Source of the DNA: Batkoa obscura
Lineage: Eukaryota
Assembly: GCA_030770535.1 (NCBI GenBank)
Contig: JASVEC010000001.1
Span: forward strand, 1-64,000
Length of the DNA: 64,000 bases
Direction of reading: 5' to 3'
How positions within the stretch are numbered: the stretch's first letter is position 1; every line of letters starts with the position of its first letter. Positions 1-11,227 of this stretch are shown one piece after another. The notes below the pieces were generated by a model that saw only the letters and a program-made list of their open reading frames with translations, was not told where the DNA came from and did not search any database. The translations under genes were made by a program, and so were the position numbers.

Positions 1-704
1 TTAACCCTAACCCTAACCCTAACCCTAACCCTAACCCTAACCCTAACCCTAACCCTAACCCTAACCCTAACCCTAACCCTAACCCTAACCCTAACCCTAA
101 CCCTAACCCTAACCCTAACCCTAACCCTAACCCTAACCCTAACCCTAACCCTAACCCTAACCCTAACCCTAACCCTAACCCTAACCCTAACCCTAACCCT
201 AACCCTAACCCTAACCCTAACCCTAACCCTAACCCTAACCCTAACCCTAACCCTAACCCTAACCCTAACCCTAACCCTAACCCTAACCCTAACCCTAACC
301 CTAACCCTAACCCTAACCCTAACCCTAACCCTAACCCTAACCCTAACCCTAACCCTAACCCTAACCCTAACCCTAACCCTAACCCTAACCCTAACCCTAA
401 CCCTAACCCTAACCCTAACCCTAACCCTAACCCTAACCCTAACCCTAACCCTAACCCTAACCCTAACCCTAACCCTAACCCTAACCCTAACCCTAACCCT
501 AACCCTAACCCTAACCCTAACCCTAACCCTAACCCTAACCCTAACCCTAACCCTAACCCTAACCCTAACCCTAACCCTAACCCTATCCCTAACCCTAACC
601 CTAACCCTAACCCTAACCCTATCCCTAACCCTAACCCTATCCCTATCCCTATCCCTATCCCTATCCCTATCCCTATCCCTATCCCTATCCCTATCCCTAT
701 CCCT
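1..704. repeat. Telomeric repeat array (CCCTAA)n, i.e. TTAGGG on the minus strand, with proximal CCCTAT variants
   Basis: CCCTAA hexamers from the window start; single CCCTAT units at 581-586 and 617-622, then 11 consecutive CCCTAT units at 635-700 and CCCT to 704. Confidence 0.99.
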
Positions 705-1168
705 TGTAAAATATTGCTTTATCAGCTCTCAGATTGATTACAACATAACAATCACTTAAGTTGCTGTGTTCTCAAGTTCAAACACAATCAATTCAGAGTC
801 CCTTATTTTGATTTACTGTGAGAATTTCTAACTTCATATTGCAAGGAATAACATCCTCTCGTTTTAATATCCATATTTATTGGAGTATAAAAGAGATTCT
901 TCAACATGATGACTCGAGGCTTTTTGACTGAATTACTCCCTGATATTGTACCATTAATAAAGCCACTAAGTCTTTGTGACAACATCTTACGTAGATTTTA
1001 TAGTAGTATTGTCTATTCTATTTGTTTTACATAGTTCATAACCTATTGCGCACTATTCTTACTAATTTAAGTCTATCTTAGTTACATAAACTAAGACCGT
1101 TTGACTCAAAGCTAGTTAATCAAGCAAGAACTGCTTTTAACTCCCACCACTGAGTACCAACTTTCACA
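705..1168 (+). mobile_element. Solo-LTR-like element (family L, copy 1) abutting the telomere
   Basis: TGTAAAA...TTTCACA termini (TG..CA), internal GGAGTATAAAAG TATA-like box followed by AATAAA; homologous to 14397-14855 and 41165-41747. Confidence 0.8.
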
Positions 1169-1860
1169 CTAGCTAACTGTTTATTTTAAAATAAAAATTA
1201 AATCGAAAAGTTTTAAATCAAGATAATATAATAATTAATTAATTATAAGATTTATTATTTGCCAATGCATATTCAAACTTAAGTAACTGCATTAATTAAT
1301 TAATTTTGTAAATTTTCATACTGTTAAATTTATTTTAAGATTTTGTTTTTCTTAATAAAAAATTAATAATTTTTTATTAATTTTTATTTAATTTAATTCA
1401 AGAAATTTAAAATATAATTTTATTTTCCATAACTCAACTTCTTACAATTGCTTATAAGCTCAAATATATATTAATATAAAAGATTTATTTTCTATAATTT
1501 AAATCTAAGAAAATTATATTAAAATAAAAAAAGTATTTTATTTTTAAAAATTATATATATTAATATTATTATAAAAAACATTGAAATCTGAAATTTTTAC
1601 ACATAAAAAACCTTGTAAAGTTTTTTTATTAACTGTAAAATTTCAAAACATTTAAAGGTATCTTGTAAGGAGTTATTAACACTTAAAACTTTTTATGATT
1701 CTTATGTTAAAAAATACACCTTTAAAATTAGTAGAAAATTCTCAAAATGATATCATTGTGTACAATTTTCGAATTTAAAATCTGACCAATTAAAACAAAC
1801 CCACCACGTATAAAAGAAAGTGATATATCAATCATTTTAATATTTTCATTAGTTAAGATA

Positions 1861-2932
1861 ATGTCAACTCAACAAAATAGTTTGTATCCAGAAATTGAAC
1901 CTTTCTACAAAGGTCAACTTAAAGTCTCTGACGTTCATACCTTATATTATGAACAATCCGGTAACAAGGATGGATTACCAGTAGTATTCTTTCATGGGTA
2001 ATAAATCAATATAAAAAACAATTGATTATTGACTAAATTCATTTAAGTGGCCCAGGTGGGGGTGTTGGAGATCGTGATAGAAGATTCTTTGATCCAAAAA
2101 TTTATCATATTATTTTATTTGATCAACGTGGTGCTGGAAACTCTACTCCTTCTTTCTGTTTAGAAGAAAATGATACTTGGTCTATTATTTCTGATATTGA
2201 AAAATTACGGTAACTATTATTTACATAAATTTAGTAATAAAACAAAAGATTTAATCATGTTAAAGCGACCATTTAAAGATTGAAAAATGGGTTGTTTTTG
2301 GTGGCTCATGGGGTTCTACTCTTGCTCTTGCATATGCTGAAACTCACATTCAAAGAGTTCATGGTTTAGTTTTAAGAGGTATCTTTCTACTCCGTGATGA
2401 AGAAATCGAATGGTTTTACCAAAAAGGTGCTTCCCATATCTATCCAGATCAATGGGAAGGTTACCTTGCTCCAATTCCTGAAGGTGAGAGGCATGATTTA
2501 TTGACTGCATATTATAAACGTTTAACTGGTGATAATGAAGAAGAACGTGTTAAATGTGCAAAGGCCTGGTCTACTTGGGAAATGGCTACCTCAAGACTTA
2601 GAGTTGATCAAAAAGGTATTGAAAGAGCTTCTAATGACACTTGGTCCCTTGCTTTTGCTCGTATCGAATCCCATTTCTTTATTAATAAGGGATTCTTCAA
2701 ACCTAACCAATTATTAGAAAATGCCCATATCATTAGAGATTCTAAAATTCCAGTAACTATTGTTCAAGGTAGATATGATGTAGTCTGTCCTGCTAAATCT
2801 GCTTGGGATTTGAAAAAAGTTTTACCCGAAGCTGAATTACATCTTGTAGAAGATGCTGGTCATTCTGCAAAAGAAGATGGTATTACTAAATTGTTAGTAG
2901 ATACTTGTGATAAATATAAATCCTTATTTTAA
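1861..2932 (+). CDS. pip: Proline iminopeptidase (peptidase S33, alpha/beta hydrolase); introns 1998-2047 and 2210-2265
   Basis: Spliced translation MSTQQNSLYPEIEP..HGGPGGG..FDQRGAG..GGSWGS (nucleophile)..QGRYDVVCP..AGHS; GT-AG introns restore frame. Confidence 0.95.
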
Positions 2933-3095
2933 ATAAAGATAGTTTTGTTTAAAATGTAAATTACAAATATCATATAAGTGATTATTATGTTAAATTACTG
3001 TTTTTAACAGTTACTTATTAATGTAATTAAACAGTTTTGAAATTTAAAATTTAAAATTTAAAATTTAAAATGATTAAACACAGTTTATTTTATTT

Positions 3096-4377
3096 TTAAG
3101 AAGCGTTTGCCCAATCTTTTAATTGTAATAATTTCTGTTTAAGTTCACTATCTAGTTTTCTATTATGTTGTGCTTGTTTGAACACCTTTGATATTTCGGA
3201 AGTTGGTATACAATTACTAGAATATGACTGGGTGAATTTAAGTAACATTTCGCCCCAAAGGTATGCTAGATCAGAATCTATATGATTAGTCAACTTGGTT
3301 TGTAATAAACTACACCATTTGATAATCAATCCTGGTTCAACTTGATCATTATTGTTAACCTCTTCATCATTGTGTTCATTCTTCATTGAAGGATCTAGTA
3401 AATCAATAATAAGATTTAATACTTTTGTGTTGACACTTTTAGATAAATCGAATTGATAAACATTATACAACACATCAAATCCATTAGCACGATGGAAAGC
3501 TTCTAATGCTAACTTATCATTTCTAACTGAAGCCGATAAAGCATATAGTAACTTTGGAGTAATTTCTTTCTTATTTTCAAAAGATAAATAAGCAAGCAAT
3601 TTTGAAGGTAAATCAAATTTATGAACAACATCGTGCGCCTTGTTATTATTCTAATAGAAATAAATGTCATTTTTATAAAACTCTAAAAACATATTAAACT
3701 TACCTGTATTGAAGACCCAATAACTTTTGCTGAAAGGATTCTAATTTTCGATGGCCATATTGGGCGTAACAAATCCAATAGATTAACAAACACATCGTTA
3801 GTAACTAGATCTATTCCAAAATTTATATCATGAACTAATTCTTCTAAGTTTTCTAATGCTTCTATTATACTCTCTTTATCTACATTCAAATTTTGTAATT
3901 GAGCTACACTATCATTAAATTTACCACGATCAGAAGCATTTTCTTTATGTGTCCCAGTACCACTTTTTAAAGAAGGTCTATTTTTATTGTTATCCTTATT
4001 TTCCAAGACAATAACCTCATTTCCCTTATTTTCGGCCGTATCAAGCAATTTGGCCATCTTTTCTCCATTTTGTAAACCCATTTTATAATGTAAACCTAAG
4101 AATACAATAAATATACTAAATAAAATAAAATAAAACAATCAAAATTACCTGGAGGTACTATTTGCCCTTCAATAATTTTCTGAAATTCATGGGTTGCTTT
4201 AAAATGTTTTGGGTAGCATAGTCCGTCTCCTTTATTTTTTATCTCATCTTTTGAGCAACTGCCTTGATGAGGTTCATGCTCTTTAACAGCCTCTTGCCTA
4301 TACCCTATGGATTCTTCATTACTTGCTAAAGCGACCCCTAATAAGATCGATACTAATACTATTGGAATAATTTTCAT
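3096..4377 (-). CDS. SIL1: SIL1 nucleotide exchange factor for BiP/Kar2 (2 introns)
   Basis: Signal peptide, then CYPKHFKATHEFQKIIEGQIVPPG|LHYKMGLQNGEKMAKL (SIL1 N-terminal signature), LEELVHDINFG and ARM-like helices; spans three ORF-track pieces. Confidence 0.88.
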
Positions 4378-4762
4378 TTTTTGTTAAGCTATAATAAATA
4401 GATGCTGCTATATCTTATATATCTTTTAATTTAATTTACACCTAATAAGCATATAAATAATTTTAGTGGATTTTTCTTATTGAATTTAAATTGCTAACAA
4501 GAATTATCGTATAAACAATTATGTGTAATATTTTAATTGGATATTTTATTAATTTTATTTATTGTATAATACATTAAGCTACTCTACAATAAATTCCAGT
4601 TAATATAAATATTTATCTAAAATCTATTAATGCTTTAAATTATAAAATCAGTCACTTAATAAGTCTAATAACTTATTTAGGTATAATAATAACCTTGTTT
4701 GACTTTAATATACTTATATAATATTTAAGTTATTGGTTAATTCAATTTTAAAATGATCATTT

Positions 4763-4860
4763 TGGGGGTGTTTTTTGGTTTCATTACTTTTTCATTTTTT
4801 AAGCGCTATTTAAGTGGAAAAACTGCTAGTAAAATTCTTAAACAAAAAAATACATCCCCA
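4763..4860 (+). mobile_element. ~100-bp MITE family M, copy 1
   Basis: TGGGGGTGTTTTTTGG...AAAAAAATACATCCCCA imperfect TIRs with the shared core TTTTTAAGCGCTATTT. Confidence 0.88.
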
Positions 4861-4967
4861 TTCTCTTAATATTAATTCACCTCAAAGCAAAATGAAACAT
4901 AAATCTAACGATGACGAAACATTTAAAAACCCTTCTGATCTTTATTTTCTTTTACTTTTTTTAAAAA

Positions 4968-5468
4968 ATGTTACAGAAATACATTAAAAAGAATCTTTTA
5001 AATAGTTTAAAATTAAATTACAGATACAATACTATATACACTTCTATTAAGTATTACAATCGTCATTTAGATATTGAAGAGGATATTGACCTTTCGAGAT
5101 CAACTTCAAACGCTTTTAACAAGGTAACAAAAGAAGAAGCCTTGGCTCCGGGTATTGCTGATAAAAGCCATGCTTATCGTGTATCCGCAAATCATGAAGA
5201 TGTCTCCTTTTCTAATGAAAATGAAGATTTAATAAATACTCCGTACTTTAAACCAATTTCTCATGGAAAAGGTATTCAATTAAAATCTATGGCTTCTGCA
5301 ATTTCTAATGAAATGTCAAACTCTTTAAACATCAATTCTGAAGCAGCAAAAATTGCTTCAACTGAGATTAAAGAAGATAATAATATGGCTAAAGAGGCTG
5401 GAGAGTTAGCTAACAAAACTAGGGTTATTTCCTCTGGCCATGGCAAAGTTTCGGTAAATGAAAATTAA
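4968..5468 (+). CDS. Hypothetical protein (166 aa), basic N-terminus resembling a mitochondrial presequence
   Basis: ATG-initiated ORF after an AAAAA context, with coding-like composition relative to the flanks; no recognisable domain. Confidence 0.6.
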   Translation: MLQKYIKKNLLNSLKLNYRYNTIYTSIKYYNRHLDIEEDIDLSRSTSNAFNKVTKEEALAPGIADKSHAYRVSANHEDVSFSNENEDLINTPYFKPISHGKGIQLKSMASAISNEMSNSLNINSEAAKIASTEIKEDNNMAKEAGELANKTRVISSGHGKVSVNEN

Positions 5469-5819
5469 TATTCAAACTTATTTATCCAATTTATATAGAT
5501 AGATTAACTTAAACATTAAATTATTTTCCGCTTTTGTAACTTATTTTATTTTAATAATTTTTAAAACACTGTCATTTTTAATAGTGCTTTTATCATTATA
5601 CAAGTTAATAAATTTATTAGTATACAATAGATATTATAAATATTTAATACAACTGAATAATATTTAATTATAATTTTACATCTCACATACTGGGTTTTGT
5701 ATTCATAATAGTATGCTCATTTGATGTAATTATTGGATCTGGTTTTAGTAAATCACTTTGCATAATTGCTTAGTAGTATTTAAATAAAATGAAACGTAAT
5801 AAAGAATTGTTTTTAAAAA

Positions 5820-6900
5820 ATGGAACAAAGAAATAATCTATTAAGTGATACCAATTTGAATTTCATATATTCAGAATTAATCAACAATAATAAGAAAAAT
5901 AATGAACAGCTTATAAACAAAAAGGAAGATATAATAGTACTATCGCTTCATACTATATTCTTGGCATTGGGATTTAAAAATAAAGCAAAAGGTAAGCTTA
6001 TTTTTTAAAAGATAGTATTAAATTGACTTTATAAAGGAAATTCTGATGAAGCAGATAAATATTCTATGCCAGATATCTGGAATAAGAACGAGTTTTATAA
6101 CTTTGAGTATTTACATCCCCAATCCAAATTGAATTTTATAGTCAAAAGCTTGATCATGTTAAATAGATTGTTGATTCATGGTAGTACACTAGAAGAAAAT
6201 GAGATTTATAGCTTAGAAGTAATCACTGATGAGTATATATCGGACCAAACTTCATTTCCTCTAGAAAAGGATGATAACTTATCAAGCTTGTATATATCAC
6301 AAGATAAATTTAATAATTTAACTCAACTTATTAAAGAAAAAATTATTCAAAAACTTATACCTGGGTTACAAAAAGAGGGTTATCAAGAAAATATTACTGG
6401 AGGAAATGATGCTACTTCTAACACAACTCCCCCTATACATGATTATTATAATAATAATAGGAATATTAATTTAACTGAGCCTTCTTTCAATCCTTTTGCT
6501 TATGGTGATAGAGACCTTAATCCTTTGGGAGGTATGGGCACAGCTCCAGGCTTACCTCGCTTTGGAGGAGGTGGCGGGAGCGCGCTTGATCCATTTGGCA
6601 TGAGAGGATCTAGTCAAGGCGGTATGTTTCTTGGACCAAACCATCCTATATTTTCTCCGGATCACCCAAGTGCTCCAAGAAACCCAGGCTCCTTACCGCC
6701 TCATGCTATACCTCCTGGTGCAAGATTCGATCCAATAACTCCTTTAGGATCAAGAGTAAACCCAAATTCACAAGGAGAACAGAGACCAACATTTTCTGGT
6801 GAACCAGACAATGATGAATTACCACCACCTGTAAGTTTTTTCATAAAAATAGTTGAATATTACTAATAATAGATAGGGATATAATAATATGTTTATGTAA
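5820..6900 (+). CDS. PSMF1: Proteasome inhibitor/regulator PI31 (Fub1-like); introns ~5992-6036 and 6831-6876
   Basis: N-terminal FP-like domain (LHTIFLALGF, PDIWN, Y.HPQS); Pro/Gly-rich tail with GDRDLNP, GMFLGPNHPIF, PPGARFDPITP and EPDND; last exon GYNNMFM*. Confidence 0.92.
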
Positions 6901-7977
6901 TTTATGTTTTTAAAGTGCTAAATAAGATTATTTTTGTCAATTATAAAGTATAACTTGATTTACGTCATATTAAAGCATTTGCTATATTATTAAATAGATT
7001 TTTTACCATTTATTTTATGTTTATAAATATATCTCCTATTAAATAGCTTACATTAATATGTCGGATTAATTAGATTGAACAATATTGTTAATTTGTGTTT
7101 CAATATAGATTAAATATTGATATTTAATGGATAAAATATGATTAATATTGTCCAGGAACTCTTTTTTTTGTTTCATTTGTTTTCTATTTTTTATGCAACG
7201 TTAAACTAAAATTATTAAATACTGAAACAAAAAAACACTATAGTATAATACTATCACTTTGTTATTGATAACCACATTTTTGATATTATAAAAGTTACAG
7301 GCTGAATGTTTAAAGTTTATTGTGCCCTTTTTGATATTAAAATCTAATTAAAACTTAAGCATTGAAAATAGCTAAATTCAATCTTACAATAGAAATAATC
7401 CAAAGCTTGTAAAAGCCTAACCTAGATATTTAAAATACTTTCAAAATCACAAAATATGAAAAACATGTGATACCAGAAGATATGTTAAAGTGGTAGTTTA
7501 TATTATGAAGCTTACGTCAGATCTAATAAGTAATAAAGTAAGGCTGCATTTATCACTGTGTAATTCAGAAGATGCTTTTGTAAAATATGCATTAGACGAA
7601 TATCTTCGAGTTGTTGATTATCTTAAATATTATAGATGTTTTGATAATGAATTGCTTGAAAATACACACTATCATCTGATAAGTTACTGCATGATGAATA
7701 TTATATATTTAAAGCATATTCATCTTCACTAAAGGCATGAATGTTTGATACTATAACTTGAAGCATACACTGGGCTTAATCCTATTTGAAGAGGACTGAA
7801 GCAATACTACCTAATGGTGATATTGATGCCACGACACTTCATCTTAAAGGTGAAGTATAGCAAGGGTCTACTGAACGGTTTAACAATTAGTTTTTAAAAA
7901 AACAAAATACTAGTCTTGCTGTATGACATTTTGCCTAAATAAATAACAATTTTATTACATCCCATGTTTTGATTTAA

Positions 7978-8231
7978 CCCCTTCCGTTACAAATTAATTC
8001 ACATTTTACTTCATAAAATCAATTAATTATTTGGTTGGTTTAAGTTCATTGTTTCTTATTGGTTAAAATTTTCATAATAGCATTAAACCAATTTTGTTTT
8101 TCGGATAGCTGTTATATTTCTTAGCTGTGTATGCTAAATTTTTGGTCTAATTTTTAAAGTACATAATAATAATTAACCAATAATTTGATTAATATTTAGA
8201 CGGATCCTACCCGTCTAAATAAGTGAAGGGG
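7978..8231. mobile_element. piggyBac-type MITE
   Basis: TTAA on both sides (7974-7977, 8232-8235), CCCCTTC...GAAGGGG TIRs, and a subterminal palindrome ATTTAGACGG-7nt-CCGTCTAAAT. Confidence 0.75.
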
Positions 8232-8274
8232 TTAAAAAGATACAATTTAAATTTGGTTTCCATTATTTTATATA

Positions 8275-8772
8275 CAGTGATACCTGTAGATAATTGCTAT
8301 AAAAAGTGAAATAAATTGCTACACTTTTTTGTTAATACTGTGAGGTATAGAGTGGTTAATTATTCAAACAAATTAAAATACCAAAGTGAATCGATAAAAT
8401 TCCTCTTGTAGTTTTAAATAAAGTTAAATTTAGCGTTTTATCATTTTCCTTTTTTTTACTTAGTTTTTTATTTAAATAAATTAATAATTTTAATAAATAA
8501 CTGTTTTTCAGTATGTTTTATGAACTTTAAACGATATTGCTATTAATTTGTGTTTTCATTTTTAAAATAGGGATAAAGCTTATAGAAACATTTAATTTTA
8601 AAAAAAAAATTAAATGATGTCGCATCCTAAACTTTATAAGGATGGCAATACTGATAAATTTGTTGCAAAATTAACTTTGAATACTGTACTGTAATCCAAA
8701 AAATTACTGCAGCAAAAATGAGCTTAATATGCACTTTTCGCAATTATCGACAACTATCCATAGGCATCACTG
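8275..8772. mobile_element. Tc1/mariner-like non-autonomous element (~500 bp)
   Basis: Left end CAGTGATACCTGTAGATAATTG matches the reverse complement of the right end, CAGTGATGCCTATGGATAGTTG; TA on the left flank, TC on the right. Confidence 0.72.
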
Positions 8773-9147
8773 TCCCTATCTTCACTATTAAGTTGTTTAT
8801 AATTAGTAAAATAAATATGTTAATATATTAAAATAAAGAGCAAGTATTACAAATGCTATCTATTATATATTGATTAGTGTATTATCTATTATCTATTATC
8901 TATTATCTATTATCTGTTGTTGATTATAATTTAATCTAAAATAAGCAAATTTTTATTAATGATTGTTGACTGTTACTTACTATTTTAATTCATAAATTGT
9001 AGTTTAATTCATAAATTGTAGTTTAATTAATTCATATTATAAAAATGTATTAAGTAGTATTATTTTATTCACATTATTTAAATGCTAATGTATATTAATC
9101 ACAGCAAGGATACTTTTGGTATATAGCCAACAAAATGAAGTTTAGAC

Positions 9148-9963
9148 TTATTGGCATGGGGAAGAACTTTCATTTTCAATACATTTCATTCCGTTTGGGC
9201 AATTGAAATGAAACAGGATCCCAAAGACGCATTGAGTATACTTGGTTTTACCATTACATTTAATTTCGAAGTCATTACATGAAAACTCGCCTTGGATTTG
9301 AGTGGGTTTAGTTTCCGAGTTATTATTTGTACTAGAAGTGGAAGTAGTTTGTGTACTGTCAGTTGATGAAGTTGGAGTATCAGTAGTACTTTGACCAGAA
9401 GAATTTGTGTTTTGACTGGTAGAATCTGTACTTTGGGCTGTTTTTGACTCAGTGGCTTGAGTTCTGACACTTTCGCTTGGCTTTTGAGTCTCATTTGGTT
9501 TAGCTTCTTCATGTTTTTCTCCCTTTGGTGGTGAAGGAGAAGATCGGAAGCCAGGTAGTTCATAACTTCCTCCTTTTATGATTCCTGCACAATTACCAGA
9601 ATCTGTTGCTTCCCATGAAGCTTCAAATCTTCCAGTTTCTTCACCAAATAGCTCTTTAAATGAGTTCATATTGATATCTAAACCTTGGCCACCTTTATCG
9701 ACTGCCATAACATAGACAACCTTGTTATTACCACTTACTTTTAAACATGTACCACATTCACTTCCGAGTAAATCCTGCACTGCAGTAACTCTATCCAAAT
9801 CCATATGAGACCCTAATATCCCGCACATTACTGGGCTTTTATCAAGCAAAGGGGCATCTTGGTGATAATAATGAGTTGAAACTCTATTGCTACCAGAGGT
9901 AGAGCAATTGATACTTGAACTGAAAATGAATAAAACTAAAGCTGAAATGAATGTCTTGTGCAT
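9148..9963 (-). CDS. Secreted expansin-like (DPBB/RlpA-like) protein with Ser/Thr-rich linker and C-terminal CBM19-like Cys module
   Basis: Signal peptide; MCG..VTAV..ECGTCLKV..VMAVDKGGQGLDINMNSFKEL; C-terminal C-x6-C-x8-C-x2-G-x6-C-x2-G-x2-C. Confidence 0.8.
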   Translation of the reverse strand: MHKTFISALVLFIFSSSINCSTSGSNRVSTHYYHQDAPLLDKSPVMCGILGSHMDLDRVTAVQDLLGSECGTCLKVSGNNKVVYVMAVDKGGQGLDINMNSFKELFGEETGRFEASWEATDSGNCAGIIKGGSYELPGFRSSPSPPKGEKHEEAKPNETQKPSESVRTQATESKTAQSTDSTSQNTNSSGQSTTDTPTSSTDSTQTTSTSSTNNNSETKPTQIQGEFSCNDFEIKCNGKTKYTQCVFGILFHFNCPNGMKCIENESSSPCQ

Positions 9964-10537
9964 TTCAAATCAGATGAATTAAGATATTAATTGTGTATAA
10001 TTTTATCAGCTTTTAAAAAAAGCAAAAGCAAAGATTAAATATTAAGTATTAGGTATATTTATAAAAGAAAACCAAGGTACCTTTCGCTCTCACCTCTTTT
10101 TATTCTAGTACTTGATTTTAAAGGGGATAAATTAAATATCATGGGGATAAATCGAATTTAAAGAAATTTTTCCAAATAGGGAATATTCTATAGTGACTTT
10201 AAAATTAATGGATTATAGAATCCGCGTAATTGAACTAAAACCTTAAATCTCTGTAAAAGTTGAAAGTTCTTTATCATGAAGGTGATTTTAAATGTTTAGT
10301 AAATTTAGAAAATATTTGACCTTATCATCTGCCCACCATAGTATATTAAATTAATAAATTTCATTATTATCAATCAGTAATTTTACCTTAAAATTTCGAA
10401 AAAACACTTGGATACATGGATATTTTCGAATCTTTTAAAAAAAAAGAGAAAATTTTAGATTTAAACAAAAGTTAAATATAATAAAATATATATTTATTTA
10501 TACCAGTCAATACACAGTATTGAAATTAGACTATTTT

Positions 10538-11227
10538 TTATGCACAAGTAACAAAGCTACCTTTGTTTTCACATTTTGTGCCTTCAGAACAACTTAGAAT
10601 GAAAGGAGTATCGTGGACACATTGTACAAAGCGATTACCACCTAAGCATTTCATTTCAAATCCTTTACAAGTCACATCCTTATCGCTATTGGAAGCTTCT
10701 GACTTAGGTTCTTCTTTGATTTCTTTTTTAGCTTCTGGTTGTACTTCTTGTTTAACTTCTTGTTTAACTTTAGGCTCGTCGCTTTTCTTTGGAGAAGGAA
10801 TCGAACGTAATCCAGGAATGTTATAGTCACCACCAGTGATAATACCTGCGCAGTTGCCAGAATCCGTTACTTCCCATGAAGCATCAAATCTCCCAGTTTC
10901 TTCACCGAATAGTTCTTTAAAGGAGCTCATGTTAATATCTAAGCCTTGACCTCCTCTATCAACTGCCATAACGTATACGACTTTATTGTTACCAGTTACT
11001 TTTAAGCATGAGCCACATTCAGCACCAGTTAAATCTTGGACTGCAGTAACTCTATTCAAATCCATGTGAGATCCTAAAAATCCACACATTACTGGATTTG
11101 TATCAAGGAATGGAGCATCTTTATGATAATGATGAGTAGTAACTCTATTACTACCGGAAGTAGAAGCTAAAGAGCCACTTGAAAGTAAACTGACGATGGA
11201 ATATAAGAAAATAGAGTTAAAAATCAT
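10538..11227 (-). CDS. Secreted expansin-like (DPBB) protein with charged linker and CBM19-like module; paralogue of 9148-9963
   Basis: Start taken at MIFNSIF (11227), which gives a signal peptide; DPBB core nearly identical to the neighbour; EVKQ-repeat linker; C-terminal CKGFEMKC..FVQCVH..CSEGTKC. Confidence 0.8.
   Translation of the reverse strand: MIFNSIFLYSIVSLLSSGSLASTSGSNRVTTHHYHKDAPFLDTNPVMCGFLGSHMDLNRVTAVQDLTGAECGSCLKVTGNNKVVYVMAVDRGGQGLDINMSSFKELFGEETGRFDASWEVTDSGNCAGIITGGDYNIPGLRSIPSPKKSDEPKVKQEVKQEVQPEAKKEIKEEPKSEASNSDKDVTCKGFEMKCLGGNRFVQCVHDTPFILSCSEGTKCENKGSFVTCA

Noticed and set aside
803..985. 60-aa minus-strand ORF near the telomere
   Set aside because: Lies wholly in the LTR-like repeat; no domain recognised.
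7440..7880. 80-aa ORF and coding-like stretch
   Set aside because: GTG-started, interrupted by stops, no motif recognised; possibly a decayed gene or TE fragment but unsupported.
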